Assembly (NCBI GenBank): GCA_043821645.1
Contig: JBDRCO010000111.1
Span: 81,445-145,444 of the forward strand
Reading direction: 5' to 3'
Source of the DNA: Pseudomonadota bacterium
GTDB taxonomy: Bacteria > Myxococcota > JACRCW01 > JAFGSX01
Length of the DNA stretch: 64,000 nt
Part shown: positions 27,492 to 37,468 of the stretch, one piece after another
How positions within the stretch are numbered: position 1 is the stretch's first letter
Layout: each line of letters opens with the position of its first letter
Made by a program: the position numbers and the translations under genes
Notes under the pieces: model-generated
Seen by the model: only the letters and a program-made list of their open reading frames with translations
What the model was told of the DNA's origin: nothing
The model's database searches: none

Positions 27492-28069
27492 GTGGTCTCC
27501 TCCTCGACGATGCCGTGCCCGCGCAGCGCAGCGAGCACTTCTGCCAGGGGCAAGCCGACCACGCAGGTGTAGGAGCCCAGGACCTGGTCCACCAGCGCGC
27601 CTCCATCGCCCTGGATGCCATAGCCACCGGCCTTGTCGAGGGGCTCGCCGCCAGACACGTAGCGGTCGATGTCTCCCGGACCCAGCGGTCGGAATCGAAC
27701 CCGCGTCGATACCGAACTCTCCTGGACGACGCGGGCGCTTTTCGCCAGGGCAAAGGCCGAGGTCACAACGTGCCAGCAGCCCGAGAGTTCGCGCAGCATG
27801 CGGCGCGCGTCGTCGCTGTGCGCAGGCTTGCCGTACACGCGTCCCTCGAGATGCACCACGGTGTCCGCCGCCAGGACCCAGCGCGCATCCTGTGCCGACA
27901 CGGCCAGGGCCTTGTCTCGGGCCATGCGCAAGGCATAGCGCACCGGGCCCTCGTCGTCCCGGGGAGTCTCGTCGATGGCTGCGGGGATCACCGTGGGGTG
28001 CAGTCCGGCTCGCGCCAGCAGCTCGCGTCGACGTGGTGAGGCGGATGCCAGGATCCAATCCAGTGCCAT
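27488..28069 (-). CDS. maf: Maf family nucleoside-triphosphate pyrophosphatase
   Basis: ILASASPRRRELL, AADTVV, GKP, DKAGGYGIQ and VVGLP motifs. Confidence 0.95.
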   Translation of the reverse strand: MALDWILASASPRRRELLARAGLHPTVIPAAIDETPRDDEGPVRYALRMARDKALAVSAQDARWVLAADTVVHLEGRVYGKPAHSDDARRMLRELSGCWHVVTSAFALAKSARVVQESSVSTRVRFRPLGPGDIDRYVSGGEPLDKAGGYGIQGDGGALVDQVLGSYTCVVGLPLAEVLAALRGHGIVEEETT

Positions 28070-28278
28070 GGCGAGGCATCTTACGAGGCGAGCCGGTTCT
28101 GTCAAACCACTCCGGTGGCGACGGGGCAGCGGTCGATGATGCTTGCGTCGGACGATGAATCGCGGTTTGAGGGTCCGGCAAGCCAGCGCCGATCCTCCGC
28201 GACCCGCGTCGCTGAGCGAGGCGCCGGTGCCGCTTTCTGTGGCGGCTTGCAGGCAGCCCAGCGACGAGGGAGGAGACC

Positions 28279-29166
28279 ATGCGCAATGCGATGACGGTGG
28301 GGGTGCTCGGCCTGCTGTGGAGCGGTCTGGCGACGGCACAGGAAACCCGGGATATGGACCTGGGTGGCGCGATCATGCCTTCCGAGAGCGGCAGCAGCGA
28401 CACCGCCGCCGATCGCGTCGAGCAGTACATCCCCAGCGCGGTCGAGGAACTCCCCATCGAGGAGAGACCGACGCCCAAGGCCGACGGCAAGGACTACCTG
28501 CCCTTTCTGTGGGAGCGCTTCAAGGTCCTGCACAGCCGGGGCGAGTACCTCCGCGCCTGCGACGATCTCGAGACCCTGCACGGGGCGGGTGAGGACATGG
28601 CGTCGAGCCGGGACATGGCCGGTCGAAGCTACCTCGAGTGCGCACGTCTGCGTGCCGAGCAGAAGGACGGTGAGCGCGCCACGGTGCTCCTGGCCCGTTC
28701 CGAGGAGCTCATTGGCCAGGTCGACGAGCGCAAACGGGTGGTTGGTCCCCTGGCGCGGCAGCGCAGTGACGCCGCCCTGGCCAAGGGTGATCTGGTTGCT
28801 GCAGTGACGGCCTTTGACGAAGCCTTGCAGCTGGAGCCCGACGCCACGGACCGGCTGGAGTTCTCGACCAGGTTGGCCATCCTGGCGCGAGCAGCCTATG
28901 GCCGCGAGGACATCGCGGGCACTGAGAAAGCCCTGGCCGCAGCCCTGAAGTATTTTCCAAGCAACATGGAAGCCCAGCAGCTCAAGCGACAGCTCTGGCT
29001 GCGCGCCAACATGGGATGGATGGTCGGGGGCTCCTTTGCCGGCGTGTTGCTGCTGGTGGTGGCAACCATGCTGTGGCGCCGCGCTGCCGCAGGCCGCTAC
29101 AAGAATATCGACCTGGATCAGGTCCCCGACCTCGGGGACGACGATGACGATGCGCTGGAGGCCTGA
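28279..29166 (+). CDS. Exported TPR protein with a C-terminal TM helix
   Basis: Signal peptide, TPR-like helices (AFDEALQLEP, ALKYFPSNMEA), TM helix and acidic tail. GGAG RBS. Confidence 0.7.
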   Translation: MRNAMTVGVLGLLWSGLATAQETRDMDLGGAIMPSESGSSDTAADRVEQYIPSAVEELPIEERPTPKADGKDYLPFLWERFKVLHSRGEYLRACDDLETLHGAGEDMASSRDMAGRSYLECARLRAEQKDGERATVLLARSEELIGQVDERKRVVGPLARQRSDAALAKGDLVAAVTAFDEALQLEPDATDRLEFSTRLAILARAAYGREDIAGTEKALAAALKYFPSNMEAQQLKRQLWLRANMGWMVGGSFAGVLLLVVATMLWRRAAAGRYKNIDLDQVPDLGDDDDDALEA

Positions 29167-29344
29167 GCTGCACCCTGGGTGTTGCTTCGAACAATCTGCT
29201 GTTACTCCATGATCGATTGAACGCTTGCTGGGCGCGGCCTCACAAACGCTGTATGTGACGCATTGAGTTCCCGGGGCTTGACCCGAGACCGTTACAGGAT
29301 GGATGATCCCTGCTCCTTTCGCACGATCACATGGGGCGGTTGAC

Positions 29345-30040
29345 ATGAACCGATGGCTGACCTGGACTTTTGTGGCTCTTATGGGCGTCCCCGCGGCCGC
29401 GCAGGAGCAACCTGCCCCCGCGGGTGAGGCAGAGCCTGTGCCGGCGGCGGCAGCACCAGCCGCGCCAGCACCGGCGGCACCGGCCAATCCAGGCCTGGGG
29501 CAGGCGGATCTGCGCTTCGACACCGAGACAACCTTGAGCCCTCAGCAGATGGTCGAGGATTCCCAGGCGGCCCTCGAGGGCATGCGCGCCGGGCTGGCCA
29601 GGGCTCTCGAGGTCCTGACCAAGGCCCGCGAGTCCAAGGATGTGATCCGTCTCAACTGCGTCAACGAGAAGCTCACCCCGATGAAAGGCATCCTCAAGAT
29701 CGCCGAGGACGCGCTGATCAGCCTTCAGGAAAACGTCGCCACCGGCAACGTCGAGGCAGCCCGCTACGAGTACTCCAAGATCCGGATATCCAAGGAGAAG
29801 ATCAATACCCTGCTGGTCCAGGCGATCAATTGCGTGGGGGCCGAGTCCACCTACACCGGCGACACCGAGATCACCACCGATGTCGACCCTGACATGGTCG
29901 GCGATGACCCCTATTACGGCGACCCGCAGATCCTGGTGGATCCGGCCAACAACACCGTCGAGCCCGACCCCACCGAGACCGACGTGGGTGAAGACACCCC
30001 GCCCATCGATCGGCCGCCTCCTGCCAGTCCCTACCGCTAG
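29345..30040 (+). CDS. Exported helical protein of a conserved myxobacterial type
   Basis: Signal peptide. ARESKDVIRLNCVNEKL...NCVG...PPPASP pattern, recalled from myxobacterial hypothetical proteins. Confidence 0.7.
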   Translation: MNRWLTWTFVALMGVPAAAQEQPAPAGEAEPVPAAAAPAAPAPAAPANPGLGQADLRFDTETTLSPQQMVEDSQAALEGMRAGLARALEVLTKARESKDVIRLNCVNEKLTPMKGILKIAEDALISLQENVATGNVEAARYEYSKIRISKEKINTLLVQAINCVGAESTYTGDTEITTDVDPDMVGDDPYYGDPQILVDPANNTVEPDPTETDVGEDTPPIDRPPPASPYR

Positions 30041-30112
30041 TCCGCGAAGCCGAACCGCACACTTTTTTTCCTTGCGTGGCGACGAAGCGCCAGATACAAA
30101 CGCGCTCGCTTT

Positions 30113-30189
<77 letters not shown>

Positions 30190-30190
30190 T

Positions 30191-30226
30191 GAAAGCCCCT
30201 GAGAAATCAGGGGCTTTCTTTTTTTT
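30191..30226 (+). terminator. Rho-independent terminator after tRNA-Asp
   Basis: GAAAGCCCCTGA-gaaa-TCAGGGGCTTTC followed by a T run. Confidence 0.9.
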
Positions 30227-30358
30227 GCCTGTCGAGCGTTCTGCGTCTCTTTCTGCCCTCCAAGCCCGGAATTGCTCTCCAGATTTGTTGGCAGCTGTGC
30301 GGCGCGTGCCCGCCATGTATGGTGGGAGCTCGTTCCACGAGAAAGGGCGGGTGGCGGC

Positions 30359-30739
30359 ATGGCTGACGACGTGTGCAGTGCTTGCGGTGGTGACGGCACC
30401 ATTCACAACTCCTTTGGCCTGACCAACAGGTGTCCCAACTGTCGAGGTTCGGGTCGACGGTCCGAGGACCAGGCCCTGTTTCGCGACGTCACCAAGACCA
30501 AGCCGTCACACCACCACAGGCCTGTTGCTCCCGTAGAGGAGAAGCTCAAACGCGACGCGCCGAGCAGCAAGAATGGCCTCCTGCTTGCGGGCGACATCCG
30601 CGGCAGTGCCCAGCTCTCGGCTGAGAACAAGGAGCTGCTGATCCGGGAAATCATCGAGTACGAGGGGATTCATGGAGGCTGCACCAAGACCTTCGTCAAC
30701 AAGATGCGCAAGAAGCTACGGGCCGGGGACGGAGCCTAG
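30359..30739 (+). CDS. Small protein with a DnaJ-type zinc finger (two CxxCxGxG motifs)
   Basis: CSACGGDG and CPNCRGSG. No J-domain HPD motif. Confidence 0.7.
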   Translation: MADDVCSACGGDGTIHNSFGLTNRCPNCRGSGRRSEDQALFRDVTKTKPSHHHRPVAPVEEKLKRDAPSSKNGLLLAGDIRGSAQLSAENKELLIREIIEYEGIHGGCTKTFVNKMRKKLRAGDGA

Positions 30740-30876
30740 GAAACCGTGACAGCGGACTGAAAAGGGACGACAGGAACGATCGCTGCGCGCGACGTCGAGG
30801 GGGGGGCGGCATGTTGATAACCCACGACGATGATGTCATTCTTCATGTGTAGCACGATGGGTCAGGGGACCAGGCC

Positions 30877-31833
30877 ATGGACCACGGCGCGACAGACACG
30901 CTGGGCGGCCGTGCACGGTCGACCTGGCAGACCGCGGGCTCGTTGGCTGTCCTGCTGACGTCCTCCCTGATGGCCTTTCCTGCAGCCCGAGCCGAGAACC
31001 CGACCCTGGCCGAGGCGCGCGCGCTTTATGACGAGCTGAGCTACACCGAGGCGTACCAGGCCTACAGCAAGGCGCTGGCGGTCAAGGGCAACCGGCCCGG
31101 GGAGATCGCACACATCTACGAGCGCCTGGGCATCATCTCGGCCGCCGGCGACAGGAACGAGGAGGCCCTGGGTCACTTCAAGCGGCTGATCTGTCTCAAT
31201 CCCGATGCCAGGCTGTCAGGCGGACTCTCCCCCAAGGTCCAGCATCCCTTCGAGCAGGCCCTGGCGCAGGCGTCGCAAGAGCGTCCGTTTCGCCTGCTGC
31301 AAAAATCCGTGCGACTGCTCTCGGACGCCGGGGGGCTGGTTCTCGAGGTGGAGCTGGAGCCTGATTCTCTGGGGCTGGCCACGGGCGTCACCCTCAACTA
31401 TCGAAAGGCGGGCTCCGGGGTTTTCCAGGCCCTGACGCGCGAGGGTCACGGCACCCTGTGGTTGACGGTGGGGCCCGGCGAGTTGCCCGCCGGGAGCAGT
31501 GCCGAGTACTTCCTGCAGGTCAACGACAGCCACGGTGGCGTACTGTGGGAGCTGGGGGCCGAGCGCTCGCCCTTTGTCAAGCGCATCGCCGGGGATGGAA
31601 CCCAGGTGTTGAGCGCATCCGCGGTGGACGGCCAGCCGACGATGAACTCGAGCACAAACCGAAGTGACGACGGGGAATGGTACCAGGAGCCTCTGGTCTG
31701 GGTGGGTGCTGGTGCTGGGGCACTGGTCCTGGTGGCCGGCGTGACGACGGTGGCCGTGATCGCGGCTCTCGCGGGCGATGGCTCGCCTGTGGACTTTGGC
31801 GAGATGAAACACGAGATCGCCCAGGCTCGCTAG
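30877..31833 (+). CDS. TPR + Ig-like protein with a C-terminal TM anchor
   Basis: Signal peptide, TPR (LAEARALYDELSY..A), L...LSPKV...F and WYQEPLVWVGAG TM segment. Confidence 0.75.
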   Translation: MDHGATDTLGGRARSTWQTAGSLAVLLTSSLMAFPAARAENPTLAEARALYDELSYTEAYQAYSKALAVKGNRPGEIAHIYERLGIISAAGDRNEEALGHFKRLICLNPDARLSGGLSPKVQHPFEQALAQASQERPFRLLQKSVRLLSDAGGLVLEVELEPDSLGLATGVTLNYRKAGSGVFQALTREGHGTLWLTVGPGELPAGSSAEYFLQVNDSHGGVLWELGAERSPFVKRIAGDGTQVLSASAVDGQPTMNSSTNRSDDGEWYQEPLVWVGAGAGALVLVAGVTTVAVIAALAGDGSPVDFGEMKHEIAQAR

Positions 31834-31876
31834 CGCGGCCCGGGCACCGCACCGACTGGTTGAGCAACGACGGCAC

Positions 31877-33727
31877 ATGGAAGATAAGCCCAGCGAGTCA
31901 CCAGAAACTCCGGCCAGCGGGTCTGACGATCCCTTGCTGGAACCCATGGCGCATGGCGAAAAGCTGGGACGCTATACCCTGCTCAATGAGTTGGCCACGG
32001 GGGGCATGGCCACGCTGTATCTGGCACGTGTGACAGGTCCCTCCGGTTTTGAAAAGTACTTCGCGGTCAAGCGCATCCATCCCCACCTGGCCAAGGAGAA
32101 GCACTTCGTCGAGATGTTTCTCGACGAGGCCCGCATCGCGGCGCGCATCAGTCACCCCAACGTGGTGCAGATTCACGAGCTCGGTGTGGTCGAGAAGAAC
32201 CTCTTCATCACCATGGAATACATCGAGGGCGAGAGCCTGGCCCGGCTGATGAGCACGGTCTGGAAGAAGCCCCAGAGCGGTGGACACCGGACGCGCTTCC
32301 CGCTGCGCGAGGCAGTGCACATCATCGGCGAGACCGCTGCCGGACTGCACGCCGCGCACGAGCTCTGTGCGCCGGATGGGCAGCACATCGACCTGGTCCA
32401 CCGCGATGTGTCTCCGCACAACATCCTGGTGTCCTACGGCGGTCACGTGAAGTTGATCGACTTCGGCGTCGCCAAGGCCCGCTGGCGCATCGCTCACACC
32501 GATGGTGGCGCGGTGAAGGGCAAGATCGCGTACATGTCTCCCGAGCAGTTGCAGGGCGAGCCCCTCGACCGTCGCTCCGACCTGTTTTCGCTCGGCATCG
32601 TGCTCTACGAGCTGACCACGGGGCGTCGCCTGTTCAAGCAATCCGCCGATGTGGGTTCCCTGGCTCAGATCATCAACGTCACCATCCGACGTCCCACCGA
32701 GGTGTTGGCGGACTACCCGCGTGAACTCGAAGACGTGGTGCTGCGGGCGCTGGCCAAGAAGCGGGAAGACCGTTTCCAGACGGCGGACGAGATGCGCCGG
32801 GCTCTCGAGCACGTGGCCATGTCCCTCGGCCCGCCCCGGGGTGCGACCGACCTCGGCGTGATCATGCGCACGGTGTTTGCCGACCGCATGCAGCAGAAGT
32901 CCCGCCTGCGCGACGGCTACCACATGGCGGACCTCGAGGCGGAACAGTCAGACCGCATCAGCTCGAGCGGCACCCTCGACCTGGGCCCGGCCACACCCAG
33001 CGTCGACAGTCTCAAGCCAACGGTGGTGCAGCAGCTGGGAGGCAAGCGACGCCCCGGCGTGCTCATTGCTGGGCTCGGGGGCATCATCGCCGTGCTCGTG
33101 CTGATTCTCGTCTGGGCCCTCGGCATGCGATCTGCGGCCCCACCGCCATCCCGTCTCGGCAGCGTTCGCATCTCCAGTAGCCCGGCCGGGGCTGCGGTTT
33201 ATGCCAACGGCCAGGGCCCAGTGGCCAACACGCCGGCTCTGCTCGGTGAGCTGGTCCCCGGTGCGCTCACTCTGGCCCTGCAACTGGACGGCTACCAGCG
33301 CTGGGAGAGAACCCTCCAGGTCGGGGACAAGGGTCAGGAGATCATCCTGGATGCCTCACTATTGCCGCTCCCCAAGCCGACGGTCCAGGAGCCGCCTGCG
33401 GCGACGCAGCCTGCACCACAGCCGTTGCCGCAGGAGCCGGCGGTCGCTCAACCCGAGACCACCGCTCCGCGGGTTCGCGCGCCAGCCCCCCGGCCCCCGG
33501 CTGCCAGGAAGCCAGGCCAGCTCACCCTCGACGCGGCGCCGTGGGCGGAGGTCTGGCTCGGCTCCAAGAAACTTGGCCAGACCCCGCTCATAGACCTGTC
33601 CCTGCCGGCCGGCACGCACACATTGATGCTCCTTCCCAAAGGCCAGAAACCCGGGCGACGGCTACAGATCGAGATCAAACCCGGCCAGAAGACGCGCAAG
33701 CAGGTCACCCTCGACAACCTTCGCTGA
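31877..33727 (+). CDS. Hanks-type Ser/Thr protein kinase with TM helix and PEGA domains
   Basis: LATGGMATLY, AVKRIH, HRDVSPHN, DFGVAK and GKIAYMSPEQ motifs. TM helix. ISSSPAGAAVY and APWAEV..GQTPL PEGA patterns. Confidence 0.95.
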   Translation: MEDKPSESPETPASGSDDPLLEPMAHGEKLGRYTLLNELATGGMATLYLARVTGPSGFEKYFAVKRIHPHLAKEKHFVEMFLDEARIAARISHPNVVQIHELGVVEKNLFITMEYIEGESLARLMSTVWKKPQSGGHRTRFPLREAVHIIGETAAGLHAAHELCAPDGQHIDLVHRDVSPHNILVSYGGHVKLIDFGVAKARWRIAHTDGGAVKGKIAYMSPEQLQGEPLDRRSDLFSLGIVLYELTTGRRLFKQSADVGSLAQIINVTIRRPTEVLADYPRELEDVVLRALAKKREDRFQTADEMRRALEHVAMSLGPPRGATDLGVIMRTVFADRMQQKSRLRDGYHMADLEAEQSDRISSSGTLDLGPATPSVDSLKPTVVQQLGGKRRPGVLIAGLGGIIAVLVLILVWALGMRSAAPPPSRLGSVRISSSPAGAAVYANGQGPVANTPALLGELVPGALTLALQLDGYQRWERTLQVGDKGQEIILDASLLPLPKPTVQEPPAATQPAPQPLPQEPAVAQPETTAPRVRAPAPRPPAARKPGQLTLDAAPWAEVWLGSKKLGQTPLIDLSLPAGTHTLMLLPKGQKPGRRLQIEIKPGQKTRKQVTLDNLR

Positions 33728-33817
33728 TGCGCGAGCCCATGCTGGACTGTTCATCGCCTGGCTTCGGTGCGCTGGCACTTCTATACTTAACAGGGTGCCC
33801 ATCACTGTGAGGCTGAC

Positions 33818-36800
33818 ATGAGATCCCGGTTTTTTCGGCAGGGTCTCGCGCTCCTGCTTGGGGCGTTGCTGGCAAGCGCCTGCGGCGCCGGCAACTACAG
33901 CCTTGTGCTGGTCTATCCGGATCAGTCCAGCTACGACCAGTCGAGCCAGGGTGAGCTCTTTGTCGGCGAGGGAACATCATGCGGGGACCTGGAACAGCGC
34001 GAGGCCCGGCTGCGCTTTGACCCACACGGCAGTGGTCCGGCCCTGGGCAAGATCCAGCCAGGCCAGGTCTCGTTCGCTGTCCGCGTGCGCGATGTGGACT
34101 GTGCGCTCATCCTCAAGGGCTGCGTCGAGGCCGAGATCCGACGCGGAACAGACAAGGAAGTTCGCGTGGTGCTCACACACGCAGACGAATCTCGCTGCGA
34201 CAGTGGACAGTCCTGCCAGCTGGGGCGATGCGTCACGGCAGACGGCGGAGGCGTGGACTCGTCGGTCGTGGATGCCGCGGTCGATGGTGGAGGCCGGGAT
34301 ACGGGTACTGACGGTGCCACGCCTGCAGACGCGAGCAGCACCGACCTTGCGCTGCTGGACGTGGCTGGTGCGGACCTCGTCGCAACGGATGGCAATGGAA
34401 CGGACGCCGTGGCGAACGATGCGACGATCGGAGATGGAGCCGGATTGGACTCGGGTTCGTCGTCAGACTCTGGACCCTCAACGGACTCGGGTGTCGCTGG
34501 CACGTCCACCATCACCGGCACCGGCCCCGTGGTCGCGGACGGTGTGGCTGCAAGCACCATCACCATCACTCTGCTGGACGCGCTGTCCCAACCTGTGATC
34601 GGGAGGGTGCCAACCTTCACCAGCGACGGTCATGACAACACCATCCTGAATAATTGCACGGCCAGCAGCAGTGGCGGCGTGTCCACCTGCATCGGCGCGC
34701 TGCGCTCCACCCGGGCCGAGACCAAGCACCTGGTGATCTCCTCTCCCTCCGTGGTTTTCGGCGGCAGCGTCGAGTTCGTGGCCGGTCCCGCGGTGGTGGC
34801 GACCTCGCGGGTGCAGGGCAGCAGTCCCGTGGTGGCAGATGGCCAGCAGGCCAGCACCGTGGTGGTGTCGCTGCGCGATGCGCACGACAACCCAGTCGTC
34901 GGCGTGCAGCCTGTCATCGACGCCACGGGCACCGCGGTCCAGGTCAGCCAGACCTGCTCTGCCACCGCCAGCGACGGCACGGCAACCTGTCCGGCCGCTG
35001 TGCGCTCGACGGTCGCCGAGACCAAGCGCCTGCGCCTGACCGCTCCTGTGGACATGGATGGCGACACCGTTGACTTCGTGAACCTGCCCGTTCCGGCTCG
35101 TGGCTACACCCAGCGCCCCTGCGGCTTCGACATGAACCACGACGGGATCATCGGTGGTCCCGAGGACTGCGACGTGTGCGATGGCCAGACCACGGATCCC
35201 GATCACGATGGCCAGGCCGAGGACCTGATCTACGTCGACGCGGTCAACGGGCACGACAGCACCGGAACAGGCAGTCCGACCTCACCCTACCGGACCATAG
35301 CGAAGGCCATGAACGTGGCCAACGGACCGGGCGTCGGCGCTGAGGACATCCTGTGCCTGCGTGGCACCTTTCGCGAGAGGATCGACCTGCTTGTCTCGGG
35401 CCAGGGTCCGGCCTACCAGCGAGGCGACATAGAACTGCCCTTGAATCCCATGATGATCGTGGGCTGGGACACCGACAACGATGGCCAGTATCCGCCCTAC
35501 GATAGCGACGACGTGGTCCTGCTCGACGGCGATGGCGCCTGGAACAGCGGTTTCAACGCTGCGGGGCCGGCCGTCAGCTATATCGAGGTCGCCCACTTGG
35601 TGGCCCTCAAGTTCACCAACATCGTCAGTTCGGGCTCGGACGCCTTCTACTTCGCGCACTCGGAGGCCGGGCCCATCAGTCACCACTACCTGCACGATAT
35701 CGAGGCGGACCAGATCAACGTGGGTACGGGTGAGCAGGACAACGACGATCACGGGGTCGCCGTCGGTGCAGTGGGCACCAACCTGGCCTGGCACATCACC
35801 ATCGACAACAACCAGTTCACCAGGGCCGGGGCCACGGTGTTCGAGGCCTGGGCCGAGGACGAGTTCGAGACTTCCCGCAACCTTTTCTACGGCCACAACA
35901 CGGTGACCCTGGAGGGGAGGGTCGGTGTCAACGCCGTCTTCTCAAGAATGTTTGTCACCGACCACGTATCCATCATCGACAACGTGGTCCTGGGACGACC
36001 CGCGGCGTGGGGTGGAGGCGAGACGAGCGGCATCTTGATCTCCGATTGCACCGTCGACACCCTGATCACTCGCAACCAGTTCATCGATGTGCAGTTCCCC
36101 CTCGATATCGATGCAGATGTGATTGGCTGTGACGAAGCCAGGCCTATTGATGCGATGGTGGACGGGAACATCATCAGCAACCAGTACTACAGCGCCACGG
36201 ACATGTGGTGGGGGATCTACCTGCACTCGGCGCACGACGCGGGGCCCTCCCTCGGTGATCTGCTCGTCTACAACAACGTCATCACGGCCACCCCGGGGCA
36301 CGAGTTCAAGTCGAGCATCTACCTGGCTGCGGGAAATACAACCAGCACGCAGTGGAGCTTCATCGTCGTCGCTGGCAACACCTTCTGTGGAAGTACCGGC
36401 GGCAGTGTGTTGCTGGACGTCGATAGCCAGACCTACCTGGCGGACAATGTCTTTATCCTCAACAACATCTTCGCCTGCCAGACGGGGTCGGATGCGCTGA
36501 CCCTGGGCTGGGTACCGGGCGCGCTGGAGAGCAACGGCAACGTGTTCGAGGCTCCGCTGATCAACAGCGCCACACTGACAGATTGGCGCACCAGCAGCGG
36601 CCAGGATCAGAACTCGGCGAACTGTTCACCGGCGTTCGTGACCGGATCGCCGGTGGCCGAGCTCAGCTCGTTGGACACCTGTGCCCGCGGTGTCGGTGAT
36701 GACATCACGTGGTTCACGGACACGGATGTCGATGGGGAGCCGCGGCCGCAGAGCGGAGGCATCGCGGGGGCCAACGTCGATCCCGGCGCGGTCGATGTGG

Positions 36801-37381
36801 TGTTCCAGGATCACTTCGTGCGCACCACCGCGGATACCGTGGGCCGGGGATGGCTCGAGACCGAGAGCAACCGCTTCTGGTACACATGGATGGGCTCCCT
36901 CGGCTCGGACGACGGTGTCGACCCCACCGCGCCCTTCTCGGTGCAGCGGAGCTTTGTGCCCAGGACCAGCGGTAGGCTTCACTGGTCCTTCTTGCTCGCC
37001 ATCAACCGGGCCTCGCAGACGCGCTACGTGCTCGACATGCAGCTGGGCAGTGCGGACGCTATGCTGCCGAACAACCCCGACCCAGGTGCGGCGGTCTACC
37101 TGCGCTGGGGCGGGACCTACTACGGCTTGCCCCAGCCCGCCGGTCTGGGTGTGGTCGAGACGGGTGGTGTCACCCAGTTCGACATCCTGGACAACGACCT
37201 CGTCGTGATCGACGTGTTCATCGAGCTCGACGCCCGGACCTACGACGTCTACACCTGGGGCAACCCCGTGGCCTCCGACGTCGCCTTCTTCGCCGACGTT
37301 CCCATCGACACCATTCGCTTCTTCTCCGACGCCGGCCGCATGGAGATCGACATCGACGCCATACGCATCGAGGTCCCGTGA
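33818..37381 (+). CDS. Large lipoprotein: acidic linker, 2 invasin Ig domains, DUF1565/parallel beta-helix, C-terminal beta-sandwich
   Basis: Lipobox LASA-C. VVADG..ASTITITLLD repeats. YVDAVNG.DS.GTGS..SPYRTIAKA. N-rich PbH1-like repeats. Confidence 0.75.
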   Translation: MRSRFFRQGLALLLGALLASACGAGNYSLVLVYPDQSSYDQSSQGELFVGEGTSCGDLEQREARLRFDPHGSGPALGKIQPGQVSFAVRVRDVDCALILKGCVEAEIRRGTDKEVRVVLTHADESRCDSGQSCQLGRCVTADGGGVDSSVVDAAVDGGGRDTGTDGATPADASSTDLALLDVAGADLVATDGNGTDAVANDATIGDGAGLDSGSSSDSGPSTDSGVAGTSTITGTGPVVADGVAASTITITLLDALSQPVIGRVPTFTSDGHDNTILNNCTASSSGGVSTCIGALRSTRAETKHLVISSPSVVFGGSVEFVAGPAVVATSRVQGSSPVVADGQQASTVVVSLRDAHDNPVVGVQPVIDATGTAVQVSQTCSATASDGTATCPAAVRSTVAETKRLRLTAPVDMDGDTVDFVNLPVPARGYTQRPCGFDMNHDGIIGGPEDCDVCDGQTTDPDHDGQAEDLIYVDAVNGHDSTGTGSPTSPYRTIAKAMNVANGPGVGAEDILCLRGTFRERIDLLVSGQGPAYQRGDIELPLNPMMIVGWDTDNDGQYPPYDSDDVVLLDGDGAWNSGFNAAGPAVSYIEVAHLVALKFTNIVSSGSDAFYFAHSEAGPISHHYLHDIEADQINVGTGEQDNDDHGVAVGAVGTNLAWHITIDNNQFTRAGATVFEAWAEDEFETSRNLFYGHNTVTLEGRVGVNAVFSRMFVTDHVSIIDNVVLGRPAAWGGGETSGILISDCTVDTLITRNQFIDVQFPLDIDADVIGCDEARPIDAMVDGNIISNQYYSATDMWWGIYLHSAHDAGPSLGDLLVYNNVITATPGHEFKSSIYLAAGNTTSTQWSFIVVAGNTFCGSTGGSVLLDVDSQTYLADNVFILNNIFACQTGSDALTLGWVPGALESNGNVFEAPLINSATLTDWRTSSGQDQNSANCSPAFVTGSPVAELSSLDTCARGVGDDITWFTDTDVDGEPRPQSGGIAGANVDPGAVDVVFQDHFVRTTADTVGRGWLETESNRFWYTWMGSLGSDDGVDPTAPFSVQRSFVPRTSGRLHWSFLLAINRASQTRYVLDMQLGSADAMLPNNPDPGAAVYLRWGGTYYGLPQPAGLGVVETGGVTQFDILDNDLVVIDVFIELDARTYDVYTWGNPVASDVAFFADVPIDTIRFFSDAGRMEIDIDAIRIEVP

Positions 37382-37468
37382 GCGGACCCTCGAGCTGGAA
37401 GTGAACTCTGCGGCCGACACGTGTGAAGCAGACCCGGAGGGGAGGATCGCGCGAGTGGAGCGGCGGGG

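Noticed and set aside
26808..28490. 560-aa extended YggS and other long N-terminal extensions in the ORF track
   Set aside because: The extensions overlap maf or other genes in different frames. True starts were placed at family-typical N-termini.
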